DNA of 64,000 nucleotides from Octopus sinensis (lineage: Eukaryota): assembly GCF_006345805.1 (NCBI RefSeq), contig NC_043002.1:105152001-105216000 (forward strand), in the 5' to 3' direction. The notes under the pieces are model-generated. The model did no database searches. It was given only the letters and a program-made list of their open reading frames with translations, and was not told the DNA's origin. Within the stretch, counting starts at the first letter, position 1. Every line of letters begins with the position of its first letter. Position numbers and translations under genes: made by a program. This document shows, piece by piece, positions 1-12,766 of the stretch.

Positions 1-1075
1 ACGGTAATGCTGCCGCCAGGCCAGGTTCTCTACCTGACAGTCATCGAAGAATTCTCAACAATAATCCGAAATCAATATTTATAAAGTAGGGCAATCACAG
101 ATTTCGAAGTGGTACGATACTTGAATAGAGGGCAGGAGAAAAAATATACTTAAATTTGTTAGTATAATTAAAGCTAATGATGACAACTTCCACTCATTCA
201 ATAAATTGCTGATACAAAATAGCAGCAGGAACATAAGATTTTGTTAAGCTTAACTCAGAAACACAATGAAGAGCACAACAAGAGACAGTGTATGATGTGT
301 AAAAATATCTGGTTGAATAACTGTTAATAGAAACAGCAACGAAACTGAAGCAGTCTGAGTTACTAATGGTATTGTGCAACACCTGCTGATAGAGTATATT
401 GCGTGAAACGTCTGAAAAAAATATTTTATCAACTTTCGGTCGACTTCAGAACAAAGTGGTTTCAGAGAAGCAGCTGCCGATCTTCATTCTTAGTCAGATG
501 ATCTGATAGAATCGCGTAAAAATTCTTGTTTGGAAGCAATTAAAGCGTGTGAGAATTAATGTAAAACATGGTAGTTGGCCATGAATAGCAGAAACTCTTG
601 TTCTAAAGGAAATCGCGGAAAAATGTAACTGTTGCTGGATTAAATGTTGAACAGGAAATTTGTCGCGTTATGGAACGGAGTCATCGGGTAATTATAAAAA
701 GAACCAAAATAATTTCTACCTTATAAGTTTTACAGACACGCAATGTGTTTCTACAAATATGCAAATTATTGCTCTTGAAGGATTTGAATACGGAAAAAAT
801 TAGTAGAAAAATTGTTCGTATTTAGTTGATTAGTAAAGAATTATTCTAGTTTTACACAGGTATTACAAAGAAACCAAAACTGCAACACGTTAAATAGAAG
901 AAAGTTGAACGATTTTCCTTAACCAAAATGTGCACCTGAATTGCTTATTCATGTAATTTTCGTATTACCAAGTTCCGTTCCAAAAATAAAGGACCAAAAT
1001 GCAGATATGTTTAACAATTACGATGTGTCTCAGTCGGCCTATACAAGTTTGAAACAAATTCTTATGATGGTGTGA
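1..1075 (+). mobile_element. Highly degenerate hAT-family transposase remnant
   Basis: Piecewise translation gives KLNSETQ*RAQ (cf. hAT SETRWSA), AGLNVEQEICRVME, PELLIHVIF and QICLTITM...YTSLKQILM (cf. hAT dimerisation region LQILLTIAVS..CERSFSKLKLI). Many stops and frameshifts; no TIR seen. Confidence 0.45.
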
Positions 1076-1084
1076 ACCGATGTA

Positions 1085-1160
1085 TTATATATATATATAT
1101 GTGTTTGTGTGTGTGAGTGTTTCTATGGTTGTATGTTCGTAGTGCTTAATGTACGCATGT

Positions 1161-1216
<56 letters not shown>

Positions 1217-1239
1217 TTATCTATCTATCTATCTGTCTG

Positions 1240-1333
<94 letters not shown>

Positions 1334-1380
1334 AGTGTATGTATGTGCATGTGTGTATGTAGGCATGTATGTATGTATTT
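1085..1380. repeat. Compound microsatellite (TA)n/(ATCT)n/(TA)n
   Basis: Directly visible; source of the LSIY/IYIY pseudo-ORFs. Confidence 0.97.
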
Positions 1381-1834
1381 GCCACTTTACTCTAGGAAGG
1401 AAGAAATGAATGGCTGAATACATGATACAAGAATACCGTTAATGACAGGAAATAAACAACTTTTTGAATAATAGGAAATAAACTCACGAAGATGTTCGAC
1501 GCCATCTTCGAATACTTCGAATACAGTTAACAGGAATGAAGGAGGTGCTCCAGCATGCAGCTGAATAACTTTAATGCACATGCATCTATGCTGTTTTATG
1601 CTGTGATATAAACCGGGCAGAATTTAAAGTAAAAATAATTTTTTCAGTGTAGAAATTTATTAAAATTTTGCTGATTGCACCAGTGTGTTAGATATTTAGA
1701 AACTGAATCATTCATCTATTTGTTACTTAATCTTGTGACCCTTAATTCTATGCTTACGATATGCAAATTTCAAGATCTTTATTTTGAATCTAAATGGAGT
1801 AATATGTCGCATGTATTCACTAAAACTAAATAAA

Positions 1835-2794
1835 ACCTCTGATTTTCGGGTACCTGAAGTTCACTGTCTCATGTGTTCCAAACATGCCTTGCAAACAATG
1901 TAAGGGGCCCATGATTTGTCCTGATCACCAAGCTCGACGTGAAAGTAAGCACGATAGGCTTTCTTGTAAAAGTCAGATATCGGTTTCCTCTTGGCTTTCG
2001 GTGTGAACTCACCGTATGTATAGCAAAATAAGTTGGGATCAATTTTCGATCATCTCGTTGAAGTCATGTCATTTGATAACTACCTCTATGATTAAAAAGG
2101 AACATGAGTTGGTCGAGCATTTACATTACACTTTGCGTGTTCATATTTCCGAATGTCCTACGGAAATACACTGATTCTATCCGTATCTTCGTAGTCCCGC
2201 GTGGACGGCAGATGTTATGGTGAAACCATTTTCATGATGATAATCATGTACAATGGAATAAGTGCATGTTTTTAGTTGGAGATTTTCCAACTGTGAAAGC
2301 AAAAACTCTTAATGAGTTTACTTTCCTTCCGTATTGAAAGGATAAAAGTGATGGGATGAATTTATGAATATCAAATAGAAGGTTTTAGGGTTTCATTTTG
2401 TTATGTCACCTTAATCATCAGGTTTACTAAAGTGTATTACTGACAAAGTTTATTAGTTAATTTGAATTTCGGCATTAAATTGGGAAAATTCGGTACTTCT
2501 ATTTTAAAAGTTTTGACTCAAACACTTTTTTTCTTATAAAGATAGTTTATTTCAGGTGGCTGACATAAATTGCTAGCCTACCTGAACGTTTATGGGTTTC
2601 TACTAACTTTTTTCACTAAATATTGCGATCAGACAAGTTCGTAAATTGATCTCTTTTCCAAAAATGATCAATTTCAGTACGCCATAACGCTAGCTAACCA
2701 TGAAAAACTAAGATTATTTTTGGAATCAGCACCATCAATTTAGCTAAGAAAAACGTGTTATGTTTCTTGGCACCACAAATCGTGTTGAACAGTG
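1835..2794 (-). mobile_element. 5' part of a Chapaev3-like (CMC superfamily) DNA transposon, decayed
   Basis: Minus strand from ATG at 2067 reads MTSTR*SKIDPNLFCYTYGEFTPKAKRKPISDFYKKAYRAYFHVELGDQDKSWAPYIVCKACLEHMRQ*TSGTRKS. The FCYxxGE and LGDQDKSWAP motifs mark a widespread animal transposase family; a CACTG terminus is at 2794-2790. The name Chapaev3 is from recall. Confidence 0.7.
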
Positions 2795-3115
2795 CATTTC
2801 TATCAATCCAAGGGGCCTTTTCATTGTGTGTTTTTTCTTCTGCCCAAATTTTATTCCAAAATTCCTGCACGTCTTTTGATTGGACAGACTTTAGTGTAAC
2901 GGGTATTTTCCCTATCTTCCTGTAAAATGTTTTGCGGTTATTATTGAACATATTGTTGTCCTTGAAAAACTAACGCACTTTTCGTACTTTGCTATGCGGT
3001 CAGCTGTGGCACATACCTTTTGCTTGATAGTTTCTATGGTGGTATCGATGTCAAGCATGGCTTCATATCATATCTTTACTTTAACTTACGCATTTTTGTT
3101 GGTTTCATAGTCTAA
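2795..3115 (-). mobile_element. R4/Dong-type non-LTR retrotransposon ORF fragment
   Basis: Reads, with frameshifts, KMRKLK..IETIKQKVCATADRIAKYEK..MFNNNRKTFYRKIGK..VQEFWNKIWAEEKTHNEKAPWI, typical of the pre-RT region of R4-clade elements. Confidence 0.65.
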
Positions 3116-3305
3116 TCAACCTTAAGGTTTTTTAAACATTCAATGTCAGACCTAAGTAGCTAAATTTGGTGTTGAATACGCTCTTGACAAGTAGGCGTTT
3201 TGTGGGAATGTTGTCGTTTTCTTCATCTTTTCACCGCATAGAACCGTTGAGCTTTTCGAGGATGCATAGGACAGATGGTTGAGATCTGTAATATCAACAT
3301 CATTA

Positions 3306-3510
3306 GCTGGCAGAATCGTTAGCATGCTGGACAAAATTCTCAGCGGCAATTCGTCCGTCTTCACGATCTGAATTCAAATTCTGCCGAGGTTTACTTTGCC
3401 TTTCAACCACTCGGGGGTCGATAAATTAAATAACAGTGAAGCACAGAGGGCGATGTGATCAACTATCTCCCTCCCCACAGATTGCAGGCCTCGTGCCTAT
3501 AGTAGAAAGG
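3306..3510 (+). mobile_element. tRNA-derived SINE, family A (monomer)
   Basis: A-box-like TGGCAGAATCGTTAG, B-box-like TTCAAATTC, body actttgcctttca..ggggtcgataaatt and tail gtgcctatagtagaaagg followed by (ATT)n. Shared with copies at 4325, 6006, 52750 and 53822. Confidence 0.85.
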
Positions 3511-3530
3511 ATTATTATTATTATTATTAT

Positions 3531-3565
<35 letters not shown>

Positions 3566-3602
3566 CTAGTAGTAGTAGTAGTAGTATGTGGTGGTGGTGG
3601 TG

Positions 3603-3682
<80 letters not shown>

Positions 3683-3720
3683 GGTGGTGGTAGTAGTAGT
3701 AGTAGTAGTATGTGGTGGTG

Positions 3721-3774
<54 letters not shown>

Positions 3775-3790
3775 CCAGTAGTAGTATTAA
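3511..3790. repeat. Compound trinucleotide microsatellite (ATT)/(AGT)/(GGT)
   Basis: Directly visible, continuous with the SINE tail. Confidence 0.97.
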
Positions 3791-4324
3791 TATGATCATA
3801 AATGTAAGAAATGCTACTTTCGTTAACAGGGATGTTATCGTGGGTTTAGGGATAACAATTCTTAAATCTCAAGAATCTTCCTTTAGAATCTTGCAGAAAA
3901 AAGAATGGAAAAAAGAATGGGACCATACTGCACGTCCACAGTGCGTGATTCACTTCCAGTAACCTTCGTTCTGTTAAGTGGAAGACTGGGTGTTGTGCCA
4001 AATACAGGAAATACCCCAGGAAAAATTATCCCATTTGACTTTCACAAACTTTTTATATCTCTGGCAAGGTCCTGGCAATCCTCAATGTTTCTCTATTTCT
4101 TTTGTAGCTGCGGTACAAACATGTGCTATGATATCGTGTAATATTGCAAACTCTATGATCTTCTCTGCGAGTCTTTATGTTTACCCTCTTGTGTATGTGT
4201 GTGTGTCTCTGCACGCTTGTAGATTGGGTGGAAATTACCAATAAATCTTTGCATTGAACACCACGACAATGTAGCATTTAATACAATCGAGTACCGCCGA
4301 TTACCTTTAGTGGAAGCAATTACT

Positions 4325-4477
4325 GAATTCAAATTTCGGCACAAGAGCCCTGCGGTTACTTGAAATAAGGAAAGGCAAAGTCGATACCGGCGGGATTTGA
4401 ACTCAGAATGTAAAGTCGGACGAAATGACGCAAAGCATCATTTGTCAGTAATAATTATTCTGCCATCTCGCCACCTT
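4325..4477 (-). mobile_element. SINE family A, partial copy
   Basis: aaaggcaaagtcgataccggcgggatttgaactcagaa is the reverse complement of the family A head/body. Confidence 0.75.
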
Positions 4478-5350
4478 AAGGGAACTAATTATTAACGAGA
4501 GAATAACTTGTTGTGAATGAATAAGGAGCAGGCGCTGACCGAAAAAATCAGAAGCAATGAGATTTGGTGACGAACAAGAGAAATAAGGTAACTGCCAACA
4601 AATGATAAACGGAAAGAAGGACAGAGGTGTTCAGCTGGTGTTTAGCCGAATATCAGCGGTAATAAAGCAAATACAATACCTTCCTCGGTAGCCATCAAAT
4701 ATTTTTCTCAGGTAAAACTACCTTGATTTCTTCATCCAATGTGTCACTGCTTGGAATGAGATAAAGACGTGACTTCTATTTCTAGCGTATGAAATATCAA
4801 CAACAGCAACAACAGCAACAACAACAACAACAACAACAACACCATCTGAAGCCCTCTTATTCGATGTTGCAGTTGATATAGATTGAGATCAAATTAATCA
4901 GGAATCTAGCAGAAATAAAAATGAAAGTAGAATTAAACAAGAAAGGTTGAGGGAAAACTTGTGTAGAGATTTAGAAAGAAAGGAAAAAAGAACGGAGTAA
5001 TTGGAAAAAGTAGTTGAGAGACTTATATTTGTCTGCAACTAATTTAACAGTTGTTTGTACAAGATATTACATAGAAACGTGATAATCTATACAAGAAACG
5101 GAATTGGTACATGAAGCTAATTACATACAGAGTCTGCGAAATCGGAGGTTTATTATACAGAATGATATAAAGCACATAGTAGCGAATATTAATTCCGATA
5201 TATCCAGGAGATAATAAAGAAATAGGATTTACCGTTGGAAGTATTGGATAACGGAGAGGAAGAACAGAGCGAGGAGAATGAAGAAAAAATAATGAGGAAA
5301 ACGAAGAGATGCAGTGAAAAGAAGGAGAATAAGGCAGCAGCGGAGCAAGC

Positions 5351-5400
<50 letters not shown>

Positions 5401-6005
5401 ATTATCTATCTTTGCATCGAAAGCAAATTGTGGTAGGAAGTTGTAATATCCTAAACGAAGTTATCGGGTACAGTACGAGTAAAACTGAAAGTCAACCGTA
5501 TTGAAGGTAAATATTTATACTGATTACAAAAGATGCGTACTGATAGGAACCCTTTGATCCACATCTTGATGTTCCGTTATGACTAAAGCTACAGAAATAT
5601 CAACATGCCACTAAGACTTTTCTTTATATATTAAAAAATTTCGCTCGGTAAAACAAAGAAGGGAAGAGAAAAAAAAGTTATCACTTATCATAAATGTCAT
5701 CAAGTTACAATTGTTCTTTTTCTCTTTTTTTTTGCTGTTCATTTTACGATGAAGATTAAAATAGAAGAAAAATATTTGTATTTTTTATTACATGTTGGAT
5801 TTTCATACATTGTTGTGTGTTCGCCTCTGTTAACTCCTTTCTTGCGTGGGAAAGAATTTTTAAATAGATTCTTTTAACAAGTATTGCTGTAAAGTGAAAT
5901 AAATGATGCAAGGCATATTTTGATAAAATATACCGGTGATAGACGAAAGAATTTAGAATGAAAACTAAGTTCTGATATACTGTATGACATACTATATAAA
6001 ATATG

Positions 6006-6421
6006 AAGGCGGCGCGCTGGCAGAAACGTTAGCGCGCCGGACGAAATGCTTAGCGGTATTTCGTCTGTCGTTACGTTCGTTACGTTCAAATTCCTCCGAG
6101 GTCGACTTTGCCTTTCATCCTTTCGAGGTCGATTAAATAAGTACCAGTTTTACACTGGGGTCGATGTAATCGACTTAATCCCTTTGTCTGTCCTTGTTTG
6201 TCCTCTCTGTGTTTAGCCCCTTGTGGGTAGTAAAGAAATAGGTATTTCGTCTGTCGTTACGTTCTGAGTTCAAATTCCGCCGAGGTTGACTTTGCCTTTC
6301 ATCCTTTCGGGGTCGATAACTAAAGTACCAGTTTTACACTGGGGTCGATGTAATCGACTTAATCCCTTTGTCTGTCCTTGTTTGTCCCCTTTATGTTTAG
6401 CCTCTTGTGGGCAGTAAAGAA
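6006..6421 (+). mobile_element. SINE family A, dimeric form (head + two ~186-bp bodies)
   Basis: Head aaggcggcgcgctggcagaaacgttagc; body starts ggtatttcgtc at 6055 and again at 6241, with near-identical sequence. Confidence 0.9.
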
Positions 6422-6459
6422 TTATATACTATATAAGTTATATTCTGATATACTATATT

Positions 6460-6937
6460 CAGTGTGTGGCAAAATGATCTCACGCATTTGTAGGTTTAAT
6501 AAAAGTGAAATAGAAAAAAGAACAAAAAATGTGTTTTTATATTCGAAATGTACATATCATGCCATGTTGTTTCAATTGGGGCAATTTGTGATGTTTTGTT
6601 TCGTATCGCTTATGCTTGCCAACAAGTATTGGTCGAGCGAGAATGGCGCTTTCGTTGTGGAAACGTTTATCAAGAGCAACGAATCCGTAACTGCAACACG
6701 AAGAGCATTCCGTGTGCTCTTAAGGCTTGGTAGACATGATCCCGTACCTGCTCGAAATTCTACAGGAGCAGAATTCGGCATTTGGGGTCCGTACTTCTTC
6801 GAAGAAGGTTATGTTCTAGTGACTGTGAACTCTGATCGATACTGTGTGATGATAGAGGATATTCTGCCACCCAAATTGAATAAACTTGACGATAGAGACA
6901 ATGTATGGTTTCAATAGGATGGGGTAACAGCCCACAT
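6460..6937 (+). mobile_element. Internally deleted DD41D (rosa/Visitor-type) Tc1/mariner element
   Basis: ORF 6378..6917 contains WSSENGAFVVETFIKSNESVTATRRAFR..GRHDPVPARN (N-terminal HTH) joined directly to EFGIWGPYFFEE..VTVNSDRYCVM..VWFQ*DGVTAH (catalytic domain). TIR-like cagtgtgtggcaaaatg at 6460. Confidence 0.8.
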
Positions 6938-7085
6938 TTCTCTCGGTTTATTTTCTCGTGTTCCTTTCTGTTGAAGAACGTAGGCTCAAGATGTAAAAGA
7001 CTGTTCCATTTTGCTGAACATCTACCTGACACACCTGCTTGATGTTCATACACCTGTCTTCGTCTTTTGTTTTCCTGTTAACCGT
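6938..7085 (+). repeat. Short dispersed repeat of PLE pseudo-LTR type (related to 23765-23955)
   Basis: ttctgttgaagaacgtaggctcaagatgtaaaagact...acacctgtcttcgtctttt aligns by eye with 23800-23910. Confidence 0.6.
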
Positions 7086-7324
7086 CTTGTGGGTTAACCC
7101 ATAAGAGTAAACAAGAGAGATTGAAACCGGCAGAAACAAAGAAAATGTCACTTGTATTTGAACACTATGCTAATATTCTTTTAAAATCTTTTCTTTTAAT
7201 TTTTCCAAAATTTGTTTTGCATACTTACAGTTGGAAAAGTCTCAATGACTGAAACCGGTACTGAAATCTTTTTTATAAAATTATTTTAGCATTTTCTACC
7301 TTGACTTTTTTTTCCATATATATC

Positions 7325-8040
7325 AATTTTGGCCTCAAAGATGCACCTCGTTCAGGCCGTCCAGTTGAGCTCGATGAAGAGCGATTAAACCAAGATTTGC
7401 ACGAAAATTCTCGTCAACCGACAAGGGAAGTGGCAGAGAAAAATGGTGCCTGTACATCAAATATGAAGCAGCGTAAGAAATGACTTCGCCCCGGTAATCA
7501 AGTGGCAACGCGCGCGAAACAAGATCTTCATTCGCTTAAAACGATGTTGTGCATATGGTGGAACTGGGAAGGGATTATCCATTACGAATTACTTGAACGG
7601 AAACAAACGGTGAACGCGGAACTCTACACGGTTATTCAAGTGAAAAGAGCAAATCGGCAACATGGAGTTATTCTGCTGCACGGTAACGCCCGCAACTATG
7701 ACCGAGGAAGCCATTCAAACGCATGGCTGGGAAATGCTGCCACACCCGCCCTAGTCTCCTGATTTGGCACCAACGGATTTCCACCTCTTTTGATCTCTTT
7801 CAAATGCTATGCGTAGAGTTTCGTTCAATTCTGATGCAGAATTGAGAGTTTGGTTGAATCAAATTTTTCGAGTCGAAATCGGGTGATTTCTACCAACAAG
7901 GTATTGAACATCTTGTTGAACTTTGGGAAGAAGTTGTAAACAACAAGGATGCATACATTATTGATTGTTATTTGCTTTTATTAAACCTTTTAAAAAATTT
8001 AAATTTAAAAAACGATGAGAACTTAGTTGCCAACCAAATA
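7325..8040 (+). mobile_element. Mariner (DD34D) remnant, 5'-truncated and internally deleted, 3' TIR present
   Basis: LKDAPRSGRPVELDEE; KTMLCIWWNWEGIIHYELL; GWEMLPHPP*SPDLAPTDFHLF; DFYQQGIEHLVELWEEVVNNKDAYIID; TIR gaacttagttgccaaccaaata ends at 8040, followed by TA. Confidence 0.9.
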
Positions 8041-8180
8041 TATATGTGTGTGTATGTGTATGTATATATATATATATATGTGTATATATGTGTATGTATA
8101 TATATATGTGAGTGTGTATGTATGTATGTATGTATGTATGTATGTATGTATGTATGTATGCATGCATGTACGTATGCATG

Positions 8181-8320
8181 TATTTACGTACCCGTAACCT
8201 TGCGGTTCGGTAAAAGATAACGATAGGATGAGTACTTGGCTTACAAAGAATAATTCCTGGGGTCAATTTGTTCGACTAAAGCCGGTGCTCCCACATGGCC
8301 GCAGTCATGAAACAAAATAA
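8181..8320 (+). mobile_element. SINE family B, 3' half
   Basis: cccgtaaccttgcggttcgg...ggcttacaaagaataattcctggggtc...atggccgcagtc matches the tail of the 39465-39841 copy. Confidence 0.8.
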
Positions 8321-9144
8321 TAAAAATATAGATATAAGCACACTCACACATATATACACACATACATACATTCATACATACTTACTTACATACATACAAG
8401 GCTTATATAATTTTAATTCTACTTTTGGAACATTGGCTCTCGAGGAACCTCACATAATTTATTCATAGCTTTATGTGATGTGCCTGGAGAGCAAGTATTC
8501 TAAAAAAGGATTTGTCCTTTTTCCCTTTCTCCTTTTATGACGTGAGATATATAAGCACCTTTACAAAGAAACGTCTAAACACACTCTCTCCCAAACACAC
8601 ACCGATACTCACATACCTTAGTAGCTAAATGTTCGACCCTAGTTTAGTTCGTTCTTCATATATACATCCATTATAAACTACTCCGTTGTCTATTTTTTTC
8701 TACTCAGATAACATTGCCACATATCTGATCAACAAATATCATGCCATAGTTAATATCCCGGTTCTATAATGGTCAATAGAGCCCCAGAGAAATGCTTTAA
8801 AAGAATGCCATATACGATTTCTTTATTCCAAAAAAGATTTCAAATCAAGTAAGCATGTTCAACATTGGCTGTGATACTGGTTCGGTTTTCTGCCTGTTTA
8901 TCATTTTCGTTTTGTTGTACAGAGTTTTGTCTCTTTATTTTTGGAAGTCTTTTAGTAAAGTGATTCTATACAACGTTGTTACCAAATTTTATACAATGGA
9001 ATCTAATAACAAAAATATTTACCGCTGCCAAATCAGTTACGTAAAAAATTGACAACTGTTTTGTGTGTGTGTGTGTGTGTGTGTGTGCGTATGTGTGGAG
9101 GTGGAGGATTGTGTGTAGTCTCAGATCAAATGCGTTTGTCATTT

Positions 9145-9198
<54 letters not shown>

Positions 9199-10219
9199 TG
9201 TGTAAGTGTGTGAGCGTGTTTGTCAACTAATATGCGTTTTTTGTGAGCGCGTTTGTGTGGGAGAAGAAATACAAATAGAATGACTTCTGTTGTCGAGCGG
9301 TGATCGAAAGAACAATAGAATACAACAGCAACAGCTTCTTCAATGAAAATATCTGCATGAGGAAAAAAATAAATAAATAACTAGCCAACCATCTAACCAA
9401 CCAACCAGCTGCAGCCGCACTAAGCGACCACCAGAAGAACACCCACTCACTGGAACAAAATATCATTAGTGAGTCCATCAGAAGAAGCATTGATGTTCGT
9501 GGTTGCTCACTCTGCAAGAAATAGCAGTCGAATTCAACTTCAATCCAAGCATTAATGTTTTAAAAGAAATGAAAAGGCTGATCGAATAAAATAGAATTGG
9601 ATATTAACGATTTGTAGGCAAACCTAATATATTATAAAGTATGCTAAATGTTTTTATAAGTCAATACCACGTTCTTCTGTGTTAGCAGTGCTTTTTACAT
9701 TATTTTGTTAAAGTTATTTCTACAGATGTTCTATGGAACTTGTAACCAGCAATGAGTTTTGCTACGTTTCGTATCGAAACGTCAGATGTTAGCAAACAAT
9801 GAGGTCGAAGACAAAAATGGGTAACTAGTGTATATCCCATATTTCATCATCCCCATCTAACCCGCTCTCGCCTCCGAGCACATTGCTTATATAGCCACCG
9901 TATACAGCGGTTTTGAGTTATTGGATATACCAATTTGCATATTAGACACATTTCTGGCGCTGGTATGTAAGCAGTAATGATTCGTTGGTAGGTGGTACTT
10001 CGCCAAGCAAACACAATAAACCATAAAATATTCTAAATGTTTTTATAAGTCACTGACCTGTTCTTCTGCATCAGCAGTGCTTCTTTGATGTGGTGTTGAT
10101 GGTGATGCATTTCACCTGACCCTCCTCTTTGCAAATAAAACTCACATAAGTTTATATATCAACCACAGAATTTCAGACAGTTTACCATTTAGCATTTTTG
10201 TAATTGATTATCATCCTCC

Positions 10220-10395
10220 CAAGAGCTAACAGCATCGTTGGCGCGTAGAACAAAATGTTTAGCGGCATTTTGTCTGGCTCTTTACACCCTGTGTCCGAAT
10301 TCTACCAAAGTCTACTATCTCTTTTGCCTTTACTTGGTCGATAAAATAAATACAAATCAGAAAGTAAGGTCGATCTCATGGACTTACCCCTAAAC
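10220..10395 (+). mobile_element. SINE family A, old degenerate copy
   Basis: Residual catcgttggcgcgtagaacaaaatgtttagcggcattttgtc...ggtcgataaaataaatac. Confidence 0.55.
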
Positions 10396-11459
10396 CCGGT
10401 TCCTTTGAGCGAAAATCTGAACCAGTCATTCTTATTCCCCCTTTATCACTCTTTTCTTGCTTCGCGATATTAGGAAACTCTTTTTCCCTCATCACAAACG
10501 ATAAATTTGTAACTCATACAGATATATTTCCCATGTGATAAACAGATGGACAATTAAGTCAAATTTGCATCACATCTTCTTTTCTTGTTATTGTTGTTGT
10601 TACCCTTTTCCTCTACTTGTTTTTCATTTCTTTCTCTTCCTACTTATTGCTGTTTAACCCCCGCCATTAGATGGATCCTATATATTTATGATGAAAGGCA
10701 CTCTGGCAAGGAATACACTGTCTATTTCGTGGCCTCCAGGGATACAATGTCTAGCATGACCGCCTACGTTCTATGGCAGTTAAACTGTTTCGCATAAGGA
10801 AGCAAGACGGAAATTATTTCAGCGCTGCGTACATGATTTTCTCTCGTCAGATCTACACTGCATCAACACACGGCTAGAACTATCAAATATATCGGTCTAT
10901 TGTTATTTTAAACACTAAGCTGAATAAATCTTCGATTTCTTTCTTGTCGACCATATCATTTAGAAAGACGTGAAATTGTCATTTGAGTGTTAAGTATCTT
11001 GGCTATTGCCGCCGAGAACAAATACATTGACGAGATATGATCTGTCATCATCTTGGCGAGCTATCCAATACTGCTATCGATTCGCTGAATTTCGGTGAAT
11101 TTCTTTCTAGTTGCAGATAATATCGGTTTCTCAGATTGGCACAAAAACATATCATTTAGAGGAAGGTAGAGTCTTTTAAATCGATGCTAGACTGGTACTA
11201 ATTCTATCGGACTCTTTTAGAATAAAAAGCAATGATGACATTTGTGCAATTTGGACTCAAAATATAAACGAGTGAAGCAAATGCGTCAAGCATCTGTTGT
11301 GGCACTTCTTCCTACTCTTCGCAATCTCAGTTCAAATTCCGTCTCAATGAAATCAACTTCCATCGTTACAGGCTGGATAAATCGAAGTAGCAGGTTCAAT
11401 GGTATCAGCTGTTTCTATTCCCCTCAAAATTGCTTCCTAAATCTGAAATCAATGTCACT

Positions 11460-11487
11460 ATGATAATAATAATGATAATAATTATAA

Positions 11488-11554
<67 letters not shown>

Positions 11555-11586
11555 TTATTATTATTATTATCTGCAGCAGAGCAAGC

Positions 11587-11668
<82 letters not shown>

Positions 11669-11670
11669 TC
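11460..11670. repeat. Compound trinucleotide microsatellite (ATT)/(CAG)/(GTA)
   Basis: Directly visible. Confidence 0.97.
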
Positions 11671-11748
11671 CTATAATAGTGCTGAAGCATCTGTTAATAT
11701 CTAATAGCGGTTATTCTGTGCGTGATGGAGCCAGTTCTCAGAATATAT

Positions 11749-11853
<105 letters not shown>

Positions 11854-11873
11854 ATATATGTATATTTATATAT

Positions 11874-12196
11874 TATGGCGGCCCCCTCGTTATCGAGTAT
11901 GGCCATTGCACGAAGCTTAACCCTTACTGGTGCTGTGATCGATTGTGACTTTTTAACCTAGCCAGAGATCTAGAATGTCTTGTACAGAATTGGCAACTAA
12001 AACCTTTACCGGTAATAGCCGGCTGTAGTTGTAACTGGGCTTCATGTACCTTTGCATGTCGTTTAAGTCATCCTGCCGAATTACACTCTCTTCCACATGC
12101 CTGACAGATATGATTAGTATGGTGTGTAACACCACCACCAGTGGCCAGGTTGTCACTCATCTGTCTCGCTTTATGACTACAAAGATGACTCTTGAC
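11874..12196 (-). mobile_element. 3' end of a LINE ORF (probably RTE-type) with tandem C2H2 zinc fingers, 5'-truncated
   Basis: VKSHLCSH...HICQACGRECNSAG*LKRHAKVH...FSCQFCTRHSRSLARLKSHNRSQHQ*, then a short 3' UTR (gcaatggccatactcgataacgagg) running into a microsatellite. Confidence 0.6.
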
Positions 12197-12205
12197 ATAT
12201 ATTTG

Positions 12206-12237
<32 letters not shown>

Positions 12238-12244
12238 ATATGTA

Positions 12245-12302
<58 letters not shown>

Positions 12303-12646
12303 CACATATATATATATATATTATATATATATATATTATATATGTGTGTGTTTGTGTTTGTGTGTGAAGCAAAATGAGACAACGAAACCAAGGGCTTGTG
12401 GAAATTATACGACATTTATAAAGAGAAAGTTTGTCTTACAGCTGTTTCTGGGATATTAGGAATATCCCTTAATGACAGAGGATATTAGAGAGTTAACGAA
12501 AGGGAGAAGGTGGACCTTAATATGAAGAGTTATTTTGGAAAAGGTTGGACATAGGAAGTATGTTCGGCCTTCTTGATATCAAAACCTCTGATATATATAT
12601 ATATCATATGTACCGCTAAATCCTTTGCATCCTGTTTTTCTTTTGA

Positions 12647-12729
<83 letters not shown>

Positions 12730-12766
12730 AAGTGTATGTGTGTATGTATGTGTGTTTGTGTGTGTA

